A DNA stretch of 64,000 bases from an uncultured Candidatus Saccharibacteria bacterium (GTDB lineage Bacteria; Patescibacteriota; Minisyncoccia; Phycocordibacterales; JACNGX01): NCBI GenBank assembly GCA_964621395.1, contig CAZULS010000002.1:170252-234251 (forward strand), written 5' to 3'. Numbering within the stretch: position 1 is the stretch's first letter; every line of letters begins with the position of its first letter. The notes under the pieces are model-generated. The model was not told the DNA's origin and did not search any database. It saw only the letters and a program-made list of their open reading frames with translations. The position numbers and the translations under genes were made by a program. This document shows positions 28,813 to 38,134 of the stretch, piece by piece.

Positions 28813-29196
28813 TTATCCGAGCACCTGACGAATTTTTCCGAGAACATCCGTGATACTCCAATCGGATTTAACCAGATAATCCACCTTTGGATAGCTGGTC
28901 ACTTCGGCAACATACGACATATCGCTCATATTTGTGAGCATGATAATGGGAATGTGTTCTGTTGCCTCATTATTGCGAATTTCTTTTAAAGCGGCGCGAC
29001 CATCCATATTGGGCATAAGGATATCAAGAAGGATGAGATCGGGAGTATGAGCGATTGCCTGAGCAACACCTTCTTGTCCGTCTTTTGCTTCGATAGCATT
29101 GAATCCTTCGTGAGTGAGTGTGTCAACAACAGCTCGGCGAAGCGGTTCTTCATCTTCAACGATGAGCACTGTTTTATGTGAAGTGGTGTCTGTCAT
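28813..29196 (-). CDS. stand-alone response-regulator receiver (CheY-like) protein
   Basis: VLIVEDEEPLRR..DLILLDILMPNMDG..K fits the REC domain with phospho-Asp and Lys. Confidence 0.8.
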   Translation of the reverse strand: MTDTTSHKTVLIVEDEEPLRRAVVDTLTHEGFNAIEAKDGQEGVAQAIAHTPDLILLDILMPNMDGRAALKEIRNNEATEHIPIIMLTNMSDMSYVAEVTSYPKVDYLVKSDWSITDVLGKIRQVLG

Positions 29197-29209
29197 AGAT
29201 TATTTCTTA

Positions 29210-29396
29210 AGAGTCTGTTTATGGTTCTCTGTCGTGCGTGATGTGTTCGTATGTCGAGCGAAAATCGTGAAAAACTTCGCAGGAGTACTGTCGTACTTCA
29301 AGATGTTTTGAGCGATTTGCAGCCGATATACGGACATATCAGCCGACAAGGACCTATTTTCTCCATTCAATTCCGTTGAGATTATGAACAGGCTCT
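29210..29396. mobile_element. MITE-like foldback element, family A copy 2
   Basis: 187 bp, same TIRs and core as 13476-13660. The right TIR supplies the last five codons (LRACS) and the stop codon of the REC gene at 29382-29759. Confidence 0.7.
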
Positions 29397-29759
29397 AAGC
29401 GCATACTCGATGTCAGTAATAATTTGAGAGAGATCATAATCGGTCTTGGTGTAATATTGATCCACACCAAGCTGGATATAGGACTTCATGCTCTCGGAAC
29501 TCGTAGAGTTTGAGACCACAAAAATAGGAACAGAAGCGATGCTCGGCATGGTGCGTACTTTAGCGACAAAATCAATACCGTCCTCTTTGCCCAGAAGATA
29601 ATGGTCGAGCCAAATAGCGTCAACGGCCGTGTCGGAGAGTATGGTGATACCTTCTTGAACACTGTGTGCCGTATGCGTCTTAAATCCCCGCATGGAGAGT
29701 TGATGCTCAATTGCGGAAGCAAGAACAGTGTCGTCTTCGAGAATAAGGATGCGTTTCAT
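29382..29759 (-). CDS. stand-alone response-regulator receiver (CheY-like) protein
   Basis: MKRILILEDDTVLASAIE .. DAIWLDHYLLGKEDG is a REC domain. Confidence 0.8.
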   Translation of the reverse strand: MKRILILEDDTVLASAIEHQLSMRGFKTHTAHSVQEGITILSDTAVDAIWLDHYLLGKEDGIDFVAKVRTMPSIASVPIFVVSNSTSSESMKSYIQLGVDQYYTKTDYDLSQIITDIEYALRACS

Positions 29760-29831
29760 AGTTCAAATGATAAATAATATTACACCACACTTTTTCGCAA
29801 AAAAAGAGGACGGTCCTTTCGGAGTGGTGTG

Positions 29832-31619
29832 TTAAACAAGAGGTTTAGAACCTGCGGTTTCGGTTGGTTTTTCCTTCCGTATGGGCAGTATACCATAGAA
29901 GATAGTGCCTGTCCCTTGCTCTGATTCAAAGCGAAGAGAGCCGCCCGCTTTCTCAATAATGGATTTGATGATATAGAGTCCAAGGCCGGTACCGGTTGTG
30001 TCCACTTCACGGGCATTGTCCGCACGAAAGAGCTTGTTGAAGATCTGCGGTTGTTGTTCTTTGGGGATACCGATACCTGAGTCGGCAACAGAGAAGAATA
30101 TATTGTCTCCTTCAGGACGAACAGACACGGTGACAACACCTCCTTCGGGAGTATACTTTACCGCATTGGAAAGAAGATTTTGAAAAATCATACGCATATG
30201 TTGCGGATCAAACCACAGTTCGGGTATATCCGGTGCATATTCTTCTTTGAGAGAAAGTTTCTTGTGGGCAATCCTCGGACGTAATTCTCCGATGACACTT
30301 TTTACAATCGGCGGTATCACAATCTTTTCCGGCTCACTGTGAACAGTGCCCATGTCGATTCGTGAGACATTGAGAAGTGAGTTCACCAAATCAATCATGC
30401 GAATATTCGCCGCATATACTTCTTCCAGGTAGGATTTTTGTGTATCGGTGATTGCGCCGCCCATACCCTCTTTGAGCATTTCCGTATACCAGCGTATCGC
30501 TGAAAGCGGCGTCCTCAGCTGGTGCGATGCCAGAGAAACGAATTCGGTTTTAGCATGATCAATCTCTTTACGCCGGGTAATGTCACCGGCAATAATAGCA
30601 AAGAACACCACCCTCCCATCGTCTATGACGGGAGACATGGATATTTCTGCCGTGTACGCCTCGTCTTTGTTATCGGCGCGAATGCCATGGAAGTCGTCGC
30701 TTACAAATGATGTTGTGTCTTTGAGCGCTTTTTTAAGCTGACGCATGTGAATACTTTGTGTGTGCTCTTCAAAAGGAGTGAAAAATTCTTTCGGAGCTTC
30801 CTTTTTTGCCATGCCGATAAGACTATACCATGCATCATTTGCGTGAACGACTTCGCCTTTCGTGTCGACGATAGTGATAGCATCGTGAGCGCTTTCCACC
30901 GCCTGTTGAAACTTTCGCGTGTTTCGTATTTCTTCTTTAATTTGCGCGTTAGCCTTTCGTAATTCATGTGTGCGTCGTTTTAATACCTCCTCAGCAATAC
31001 GAATAGGTGTCTCATCATGGCTTGAGCCGATGAGTTTGTGTGTGTTCCCTTCCACCACAACCGAGCCGTAATCACGGACATAGCGATACTCTTCCGATGT
31101 GCCCGAGCGGATACGATATTCATTTTTATACGCACGTGCTTTTGTATCGATGCCATGTCGTGCCAGACGAAGAAAAGCGTCTCTGTCATCCGGGTGCACA
31201 AGCAGTATCCATTCTTCAAGATTCTTTGGTGCGGTGGCTTCGGTGTATCCATAGAGCTCACGCCACCGCTCCGAGACATACACGGTGGCGCTTTTGCCGG
31301 AAATTGTCCATTCCCAGGTGCCCGTTTTTGAGCTCTCAAGTGCGTGGGCGTAGCGGTCGCGGCTTTCCTTGAATGCGTGGGTAATGTGCGCCGCCGCCTT
31401 GAGGCGGCGGCGCACCAACATCAAAAACACACCACCGGAGAGCGCGTACCCGATTGTTGCACCCAAAAGCACAAACGTGACAAACTCGGTTCCGGGAATA
31501 TATTGAAAAATAAACGTTGCCCCCATACACATCACAAGGACAGCTCCATACCATACGAACCAGCGTGTTGGCACGCGAAATGCGTGTGCCGTGGCATGTT
31601 TTTCAATACGTGATGTCAT
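29832..31619 (-). CDS. PAS-domain sensor histidine kinase
   Basis: 595 aa. 2 N-terminal TM helices, two PAS/PAC-like regions, HisKA (SLASHQLRTPLSAIRWYTEML) and HATPase_c (GTGLGLYIIKSIIEKAGGSLRFESEQGTGTIFY). Confidence 0.9.
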   Translation of the reverse strand: MTSRIEKHATAHAFRVPTRWFVWYGAVLVMCMGATFIFQYIPGTEFVTFVLLGATIGYALSGGVFLMLVRRRLKAAAHITHAFKESRDRYAHALESSKTGTWEWTISGKSATVYVSERWRELYGYTEATAPKNLEEWILLVHPDDRDAFLRLARHGIDTKARAYKNEYRIRSGTSEEYRYVRDYGSVVVEGNTHKLIGSSHDETPIRIAEEVLKRRTHELRKANAQIKEEIRNTRKFQQAVESAHDAITIVDTKGEVVHANDAWYSLIGMAKKEAPKEFFTPFEEHTQSIHMRQLKKALKDTTSFVSDDFHGIRADNKDEAYTAEISMSPVIDDGRVVFFAIIAGDITRRKEIDHAKTEFVSLASHQLRTPLSAIRWYTEMLKEGMGGAITDTQKSYLEEVYAANIRMIDLVNSLLNVSRIDMGTVHSEPEKIVIPPIVKSVIGELRPRIAHKKLSLKEEYAPDIPELWFDPQHMRMIFQNLLSNAVKYTPEGGVVTVSVRPEGDNIFFSVADSGIGIPKEQQPQIFNKLFRADNAREVDTTGTGLGLYIIKSIIEKAGGSLRFESEQGTGTIFYGILPIRKEKPTETAGSKPLV

Positions 31620-31727
31620 AATGGAGCTTGTAACTGATAGCTTTTAGCTTGTAGGTCGCGCGCTACTCGTCCCGCAGAGCTTTAGCGAAGTAGGAACAAC
31701 GCGCGCTCCCTTTTTCTGCCGTGCCCG

Positions 31728-31790
31728 AGCATGACTTGCCATGCTTTAGGGCCCTGCCCGAGCACAGCTTGCTGTGCTTTAGGGTCATTC
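31728..31790. repeat. two tandem family-2 REP-like palindromes (gcccgagcatgacttgccatgctttagggcc ; gcccgagcacagcttgctgtgctttagggtc)
   Basis: Read directly. The same unit occurs at 6218, 14688, 14982, 34588, 34620, 40706 and 50025. Confidence 0.7.
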
Positions 31791-31796
31791 CGCACT

Positions 31797-32996
31797 TTAT
31801 GACCTGCGAAGCCTTGGCGGAGTAGGTGATACGGAATCTTCGTGTGTTTCAGGAATACGTTCATATGTTATCGAGAGAAGAAGCGGTGCCAGTATGGTGG
31901 AGAGTGCACTTCCGGCGATAAATGTTGCGATAAGAGTGCTATCAAGGAGTCCGAGTGATGCACCGGCAAAGACAGCGGCAAACATGGTAGAAAGCTGAGG
32001 AATCTGAGAAAAGCCCAAGGCAAGACGCTCAGCCGAAGATTGCAGACCACTTACTATTCCACCGATGTATCCGCTTACGAATTTTAAGAGAAACGCACTG
32101 CCAAGGACACTACCGAGAATGATAAGCGAGCGAGTATCTGAGAAGAGTCCTCCGATATCGGCCTGTACACCGACAAGCACAAAAAAGATGGGAATGAACA
32201 CGCCGTAGGCAAGTGCATGGAGTTTGTCTTTGAGGATGTCGGTTTTTACCGATTCGGAAAGTACGAAGCCGACGAAGAATCCGGCAATGACCGCATGAAG
32301 TCCGAGGAGTTCAAAGATGACCACCGTGCCAATCATGAGCATGAGTATGAGGCGTATCTCACGCTCAAAAGCATGTTGCGTGGAAAGGTGACGAAAGAGA
32401 TTATGAACACGGGGGATGCCCCATTTGAGAAGGACGAGAATGCCCAACAAGAGCGGATAAAATATCCACAAAGAGAGTGTAGTGGAAGGATGGATACTTT
32501 GCAAAAAAATAGAGAGAAGAACGAGTCCGGCGATATCGGCGACCATTGCCGAGCCGAGAATAGTGTCGCCGAGCGGTGTTCCGAGAGCATTGCGCGCGTT
32601 GAGCGTTGGAAGAATAACGGCAATAGAGGATGCAATAAAGACAATACCGAGCAGAAGCGCAGTAGAAAAGGGGAAACCGAGGCCGACACCAAGCAACACT
32701 CCTCCGGCAAAGGGAACGATGGTGGTAAAAATGCTGACGATGGCAATTGGTTTTAAGCGCCCTTGAATACGTGACCATTTCGTCTCGAGGCCGGCCATAA
32801 ACATGAGAAAAATGAGTCCGATTTCACTCAAGAAAAGAAGTGTCGGATCTCCGGTGGGCACAATTGCCAAACCGTGCGGACCAAGTACAAAACCGGTTAC
32901 CAATAATGCAACCACCCACGGCACATGAAGCCGACTAAATATTCCGGAGAGAAACAAGCCGGCAATGAGAATGATGAAAAAGGAAAGGAACTCCAT
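31797..32996 (-). CDS. cation:proton antiporter (CPA-family Na+/H+ or K+/H+ exchanger)
   Basis: 399 aa, about 12 TM helices. The N-terminal FLSGIFSRLHVPWVVALLVTGFVLGPHGL is typical of the Na_H_Exchanger family. Confidence 0.8.
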   Translation of the reverse strand: MEFLSFFIILIAGLFLSGIFSRLHVPWVVALLVTGFVLGPHGLAIVPTGDPTLLFLSEIGLIFLMFMAGLETKWSRIQGRLKPIAIVSIFTTIVPFAGGVLLGVGLGFPFSTALLLGIVFIASSIAVILPTLNARNALGTPLGDTILGSAMVADIAGLVLLSIFLQSIHPSTTLSLWIFYPLLLGILVLLKWGIPRVHNLFRHLSTQHAFEREIRLILMLMIGTVVIFELLGLHAVIAGFFVGFVLSESVKTDILKDKLHALAYGVFIPIFFVLVGVQADIGGLFSDTRSLIILGSVLGSAFLLKFVSGYIGGIVSGLQSSAERLALGFSQIPQLSTMFAAVFAGASLGLLDSTLIATFIAGSALSTILAPLLLSITYERIPETHEDSVSPTPPRLRRS

Positions 32997-33155
32997 GAAT
33001 TACGAATGTACAAATCACTACAAATCTACAAATGGTACGAATAATACGAATGACGAATCGGATATTTGCTGTCATCCCGCACTTGATGCGGGATCTTCAT
33101 TATATGACCACTCTGCGAAATTTTTTCCATACCAAGGTTTAACCTTGGTATGGCA

Positions 33156-33599
33156 TTACTCCGCAATATTCTCTACACATGCTGTGAAATCAGGGGTCTC
33201 CGTCCATCCACATTGCCCGCTTTCCTGGCGTTCACACGTTGCTTTTCGGTAGCAACCATACAGCGGTGTCCATTCGCATGTGGTGACTATTTCATGTGCG
33301 ACATCCGTGGGGACGCATAACTGCGAACTGCACCCGGCGGGGATGCACTGCTGGGGTGTCAGCACGTCGGGAGCGTACATGACATGCTCCACAAATGTAC
33401 GTTCACCGTGGCGACATTGGCGCGGATACGATTCCATAACCGGATTTCCTGCAGCGGCACAACTTTGAAAATCGGTGACGATACTCTCTGCGGGAGCGGC
33501 CATTCCTCCCTCTCCTACACGAGTAATTGCCACACCAATACCACCGATGATAATAACACCGATGAGCGCAAAAAAGATTGTCTGTTGCGATATATGCAT
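33156..33599 (-). CDS. hypothetical secreted/membrane-anchored Cys-rich protein
   Basis: 147 aa. An N-terminal TM/signal anchor and 10 cysteines in the mature part. Confidence 0.45.
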   Translation of the reverse strand: MHISQQTIFFALIGVIIIGGIGVAITRVGEGGMAAPAESIVTDFQSCAAAGNPVMESYPRQCRHGERTFVEHVMYAPDVLTPQQCIPAGCSSQLCVPTDVAHEIVTTCEWTPLYGCYRKATCERQESGQCGWTETPDFTACVENIAE

Positions 33600-33733
33600 A
33601 GTGGAGCTTGTAGCTGATAGCTTTTAGCTTATAGATCGCGCACTGCGTGCGCTCCTTTTCAAAAGTGAGGTTGTCGCGACACCAAGGTTCAGCTTTGGTA
33701 TGAATACCAAAGCTGAACCTTGGTGTCGCCCAG

Positions 33734-34447
33734 TCATTCCTTCTCCCCAATCGTCTCACTCGCTTTCTGTATTTCTTCCTCCTCAGCCATCTCCTTTTTC
33801 TCTTTTTCAATCGCGCGCATGGCAACACCGCGCCGCACGTAGAAATTCATAAGTGAAAACGTGACCATAGCGGCAAAGACAATACCGATAACATTGAGCA
33901 AGAAAATAATGAATCCGCCGGTCATAGCGCCCCAACTTCCCTTCGCTAACCCGACACCCGTCATGGCAATCGGCGGAATGAGTGCGACGGCAATCGCAAC
34001 ACCCGGAAGCATTTCATTGAGTTCTTTTTTCACAATGGCAAATGATGCGGCAAGCCCGGCAACGATAGCCACAGCAATATGCAGGAGCGACGGATCCATA
34101 TAGCTTGATGACATATCAGTACTGTTTCCAAAAAGGAGTGTGGCAGCCGCTGCGGCAATAACAGCCACAACAATTGATTTCCCAATCGTGATAAGCGAAC
34201 GTTGCACAAGTGTGGTATCGGAAATAACAAATCCAAGCGAGAGCGAAAGCACGGGCGAGAGAAGCGGTGCCACGAGCATACTTCCGATAAGGACGGGTAT
34301 ATTATTCATGATAAGACCGAATGCCGCCATGAGGACCGACAACGAAATCATGAGAAAGAAATCCTTACTCGGACGGCTCTGAGCAATCATTTTCTCAATG
34401 GCAATCGCTTTGTCGTCTTCTGAAAGGTTGTTGAATACTGAAAACAT
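33734..34447 (-). CDS. DUF389-like integral membrane protein
   Basis: 237 aa. Multiple TM helices with the GSMLVAPLLSPV .. IAVALIPPIAMTGVGLA pattern, reminiscent of the DUF389/TIGR00341 family. Confidence 0.5.
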   Translation of the reverse strand: MFSVFNNLSEDDKAIAIEKMIAQSRPSKDFFLMISLSVLMAAFGLIMNNIPVLIGSMLVAPLLSPVLSLSLGFVISDTTLVQRSLITIGKSIVVAVIAAAAATLLFGNSTDMSSSYMDPSLLHIAVAIVAGLAASFAIVKKELNEMLPGVAIAVALIPPIAMTGVGLAKGSWGAMTGGFIIFLLNVIGIVFAAMVTFSLMNFYVRRGVAMRAIEKEKKEMAEEEEIQKASETIGEKE

Positions 34448-34672
34448 GACCTTAGTATATCAGCACGCGTGTTTTTGCGCTAGCGCAAAAACACGCGTGC
34501 TGATAGTACGTCAGTATGTCAGGAGGTCAGTAAAAACAATCGGCGGGGCTTTCGCCCCGCCATCTGCTTTCCAACTTTTTTGCCATGCCCGAGCACGACC
34601 TGTCGTGCTTTAGGGTCGTGCCCGAGTGCGACTTGTCGCGCCTTAGAGTTTTTAGTGGGTAGTTTAGCAAGA

Positions 34673-35395
34673 CTATTTCCTCTCTGCAAAAATATCCAGT
34701 ACGTCACGTGCGGAGTCCTCCCCTACCTTTTTCTCAAAGAATTTCAATTCATCAAACTTTCTAAGCAAGATAAAGACAAAAATGATTGAACTCGCAAAAG
34801 CTCCCTTGAGGATGGAACTATAGACAAGCTCTTGAGATGGAATGATAGAAAGTGTGAGAAAAAGAATGGTGCCGAGGAAGTACATAAGCATCCACTGAAA
34901 GCGCGGCACTCGTTCGTAGTAGAGTGCAATCATGCTTTTGCGAATACTTTGGAGATCTTTGAGAGCATAGAGAATACGCTGAACGGAAAACGCAGCCACA
35001 GTTGGTAATTGCTCTCCCCCAAGCTTCTCTTCAATGAGAGTGTGTAGAGATGTAATGGTTTCAGATTTATGAGTGACATGGTAATCCCATGCATGGTTGG
35101 AGAGAATTGTCTCATAGTGTGCCGTGATAATCTGTTTTGATTTTGCTTGCACGTCAGTTCCTAAATGTCCGCATAACCGATAAATACCTGAAAGAGTCCC
35201 GTCAAAAGACGTGACGCGGTCGCGGATGGCGCTGTAACGATTACCTTGGCGCGCAATGAAAAATCCGGTGAAGATAGAGAAAAGGAATGTTGAAATCGTG
35301 AGAAGAATTTCGTAGTGCGCGATATGCCCGAAAGGCTGCACATAATACACAACAGACAAGACAGGAAAAATGAGGAAAGAAAGATAGTGTGCCAT
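34673..35395 (-). CDS. hypothetical membrane protein
   Basis: About 240 aa with N- and C-terminal TM helices. No family recognised. Confidence 0.45.
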   Translation of the reverse strand: MAHYLSFLIFPVLSVVYYVQPFGHIAHYEILLTISTFLFSIFTGFFIARQGNRYSAIRDRVTSFDGTLSGIYRLCGHLGTDVQAKSKQIITAHYETILSNHAWDYHVTHKSETITSLHTLIEEKLGGEQLPTVAAFSVQRILYALKDLQSIRKSMIALYYERVPRFQWMLMYFLGTILFLTLSIIPSQELVYSSILKGAFASSIIFVFILLRKFDELKFFEKKVGEDSARDVLDIFAERK

Positions 35396-35436
35396 ATAGC
35401 GTATAGTATAACACGGCAATAAGTCAGTATGTGTAT

Positions 35437-36021
35437 TTATACGATACCAAGTGCCAGATTAAGATACCGATACAGAAAGATACAGAGGACGACGAGTGCA
35501 ATGACCACGAAGAAAGCGAGGACAGTGAGGTTGTTTCCGGTTTGCTTTGCACCTTTTGCATTGGTATGGACGACCCCCACCTCATCTTCTTCTTCAGGAG
35601 TCCAACCGTGTGATGGTGGATGAATGGTCTCCTGCTCTCTGGCGGACGCTGAAGGAGGAAGCTCGCTCCCAACCTTTACGGTGTCGGGAATGTGTTGCGG
35701 AGCACCTTCAGGCATGCCGGGCGCGCGATATGCTCCTTTTTCAGGCTCACTCTGCTCTACCTCAGGAGATGTTTCTTCTCTTCGTGATTCTGGTGCGGGA
35801 GTAGAGTTTGTGGGAGGTATAGTATCGGCGCGCGCTTCGCGCGCGCCTTCTTCGACCGATTCTGTCTTGGCAGGATGTAGGTCTTCGACCGACCAAGCAT
35901 CACCCTCGCCGTCAGGCGAAAGTGATGCTTGGTTCAGGTCCTCGACCGATTTCGCTTCAGTATCACTATCCCCCTCATCAGGCCAAAACCGATTCGGATT
36001 GTTGGAAGTATTTTCATCCAT
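35437..36021 (-). CDS. acidic low-complexity protein with C-terminal TM anchor; contains palindrome-encoded SVEDL(H/N)P repeats
   Basis: 194 aa, a D/E/P-rich tail-anchored protein. The repeats SVEDLNQASLSPDGEGDAWSVEDLHPAKTE are encoded by nested DNA palindromes. Confidence 0.5.
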   Translation of the reverse strand: MDENTSNNPNRFWPDEGDSDTEAKSVEDLNQASLSPDGEGDAWSVEDLHPAKTESVEEGAREARADTIPPTNSTPAPESRREETSPEVEQSEPEKGAYRAPGMPEGAPQHIPDTVKVGSELPPSASAREQETIHPPSHGWTPEEEDEVGVVHTNAKGAKQTGNNLTVLAFFVVIALVVLCIFLYRYLNLALGIV

Positions 36022-36536
36022 ATATACAAGTATATCACGGAAAAACTTTATCTGTCATTGCAAATAAAATTATTTTCTGTCATTCCCGCCTCCGAGCGGG
36101 AATCTACAAAGTCGTATAGCCAACCTGCGTTTCTTCACAAATCTTCACACATTCTCGCTATGCGAAACTCAACTCCCTATAAAAACAAACACCCTATACC
36201 TGGTTGGTATAGGGCACCCTTTCCAAAGGTTAAACCTTTGGAAAGCCTGTATACCAAGGTTAAACCTTGGTATAGATGAGGGGTGTGCTGAAAACACACA
36301 GCGGCGCCAAAGGCACCGCTGTGTGTTTTGTTTGATTTTGTCATTCCGTACTTGATACGGAATCTTCCCAAACAATTTCTAAAAATAAGATAGAGGAGAT
36401 TCTGAATCGCCAGAGCCCCACTTTCACCAACAAGCGTTTTCAGTAAAATACTCTCTTTTTTCTTCTATCGTTTCTCCTTTCTTGCTTATTCAGTGAAAGT
36501 GAAGCTCGGCAAGAGTTCAGAATGACAGGGAGATAA

Positions 36537-38129
36537 TTATTCCTCTCCCTGTATATTAGGTTGGTTTTGAGACATGGTACCCTCTCCTTTCTTATCCAAT
36601 TTGCGCTTGATGCACCAAATGATGAGCACGAGCAATAGAATCGCGAGCGGAATAATCGGACAGAAGATGCCAAAGAGATAGAGGATAAAGATTGCGATAA
36701 CGTCACACAGAATCCAGAGACGCAAATCTTCTTCCCTACTCACCTCGTAGCCATGCTTTTCTCGCCATGCCCGATACAATCGCCAAATGATTGCAATGAT
36801 AACAAGAACGAGGATAAACCAGAATGCGCACATGGCAAGTTCGGCAAAGCTTGCCGGCAAAAATCCAAGACCTGCCGGAAGGAGTCCGTTGCCGTCGTCT
36901 TTCAGAAGCTCTTCCTCCTCGCCTCCACCACCTGGAAGGACGTTTTCTTGTGAGGGAGGTGTATAGGTTCCGCCACCCACTGTGCCTCCATCGGCAAGTG
37001 GTCCGCCTGTTCCTCCCTCGGCCGATCCTGCTTCAGCAGGATTTAGGCCTCCTCCATCATCACTCGGTCCGCTTTCGTCTCCATAGGGAATGGTAAATTC
37101 ATGCTGATAGCTTACAGTCGCCGGCGAAGCGTGCGAAACCACACGATACACATACGTGCCGCCCACTTCCAAACCGGTAAGGGTGACTTCATGGTGTGTG
37201 ACCAACGTTGGGTCTTCTGTCGTGGCGTGCGGATACCCAAAATTCGGCTGTGTGAGGTTGATACTGTATGGATAGCCTGCCGCGGGATTACCGTCGCCAT
37301 GAGTCTTGAGTCCGTAAATAACCTGACTGGTCGCCGGCTCAAGTGCACCGTTGCGGTATGTTTCCCATCGAATAATTGCTTCACCACTTGCATCACCGAT
37401 TGCCGTCGGCGACGGTGTGCTCAAGTCGGCAACTCGCTCATTGGCGATAGTAAGCGGCGAGCTCTCAATAATACCGCCACCACCTCCACCGGAGCCGCCT
37501 CCTCCACCTCCGTTTCCGCCGCATGAGCCACAGTCGGAAGGACAAATTTCGCACGATTCATCGCCGTTACACGTGCCATCACCGCAGTACGGATCCTCTC
37601 CGTCGCTGATTTGCGTACCGCAGACATAGCCATTAGGGTCTTCAAAGCCGACACAAATATCAAACGACAAGCTCTTTTCCTGCATGTCATTACCGGTCAA
37701 TTCTTCGAAAGAAACCGTATAGGTATAGATAATTGTTTGACCAGGGTCAATATCGCCGAGCGACACTTCGCCGTCATCAAGGAAATTGCCAAAGAAGTCG
37801 TTGTACCACTCTATACTCGTCACATTATCGGTAATCACCAGCGTCATGTGATCACCTAAGCCGTCAGGATCGGATTCGAAGATGGTATCGGTGTGTACGG
37901 TTTCCGTCTCACTGCCATTGTTGGTCACATGCGCCGTACCCACGGCAGTATCGCCGGGGAGAAAATTGGTTTCGCCAAACATGGCCGTTGAGGATGCCAC
38001 GCCATTGAAAAGCACCTCAAGATTTCCATTTGCATGTGCGGTGGAAGACCCAACAAACAGTCCCATCGCCATAACGGTGAAGAGCAGTCCTCCGAGAAGC
38101 GTATTGTGCATGAATGTATTCATAGTCAT
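36537..38129 (-). CDS. secreted surface protein with Cys-rich knot, poly-Gly linker, beta-rich domain and C-terminal TM/Cys-rich tail
   Basis: 530 aa. An N-terminal signal/TM segment, CGDGTCNGDESCEICPSDCGSCGGNGGGGGGSGGGGGG, and the in-frame palindromic repeat GGLNPAEAGSAEGG. Confidence 0.6.
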   Translation of the reverse strand: MTMNTFMHNTLLGGLLFTVMAMGLFVGSSTAHANGNLEVLFNGVASSTAMFGETNFLPGDTAVGTAHVTNNGSETETVHTDTIFESDPDGLGDHMTLVITDNVTSIEWYNDFFGNFLDDGEVSLGDIDPGQTIIYTYTVSFEELTGNDMQEKSLSFDICVGFEDPNGYVCGTQISDGEDPYCGDGTCNGDESCEICPSDCGSCGGNGGGGGGSGGGGGGIIESSPLTIANERVADLSTPSPTAIGDASGEAIIRWETYRNGALEPATSQVIYGLKTHGDGNPAAGYPYSINLTQPNFGYPHATTEDPTLVTHHEVTLTGLEVGGTYVYRVVSHASPATVSYQHEFTIPYGDESGPSDDGGGLNPAEAGSAEGGTGGPLADGGTVGGGTYTPPSQENVLPGGGGEEEELLKDDGNGLLPAGLGFLPASFAELAMCAFWFILVLVIIAIIWRLYRAWREKHGYEVSREEDLRLWILCDVIAIFILYLFGIFCPIIPLAILLLVLIIWCIKRKLDKKGEGTMSQNQPNIQGEE

Positions 38130-38134
38130 GGTAT

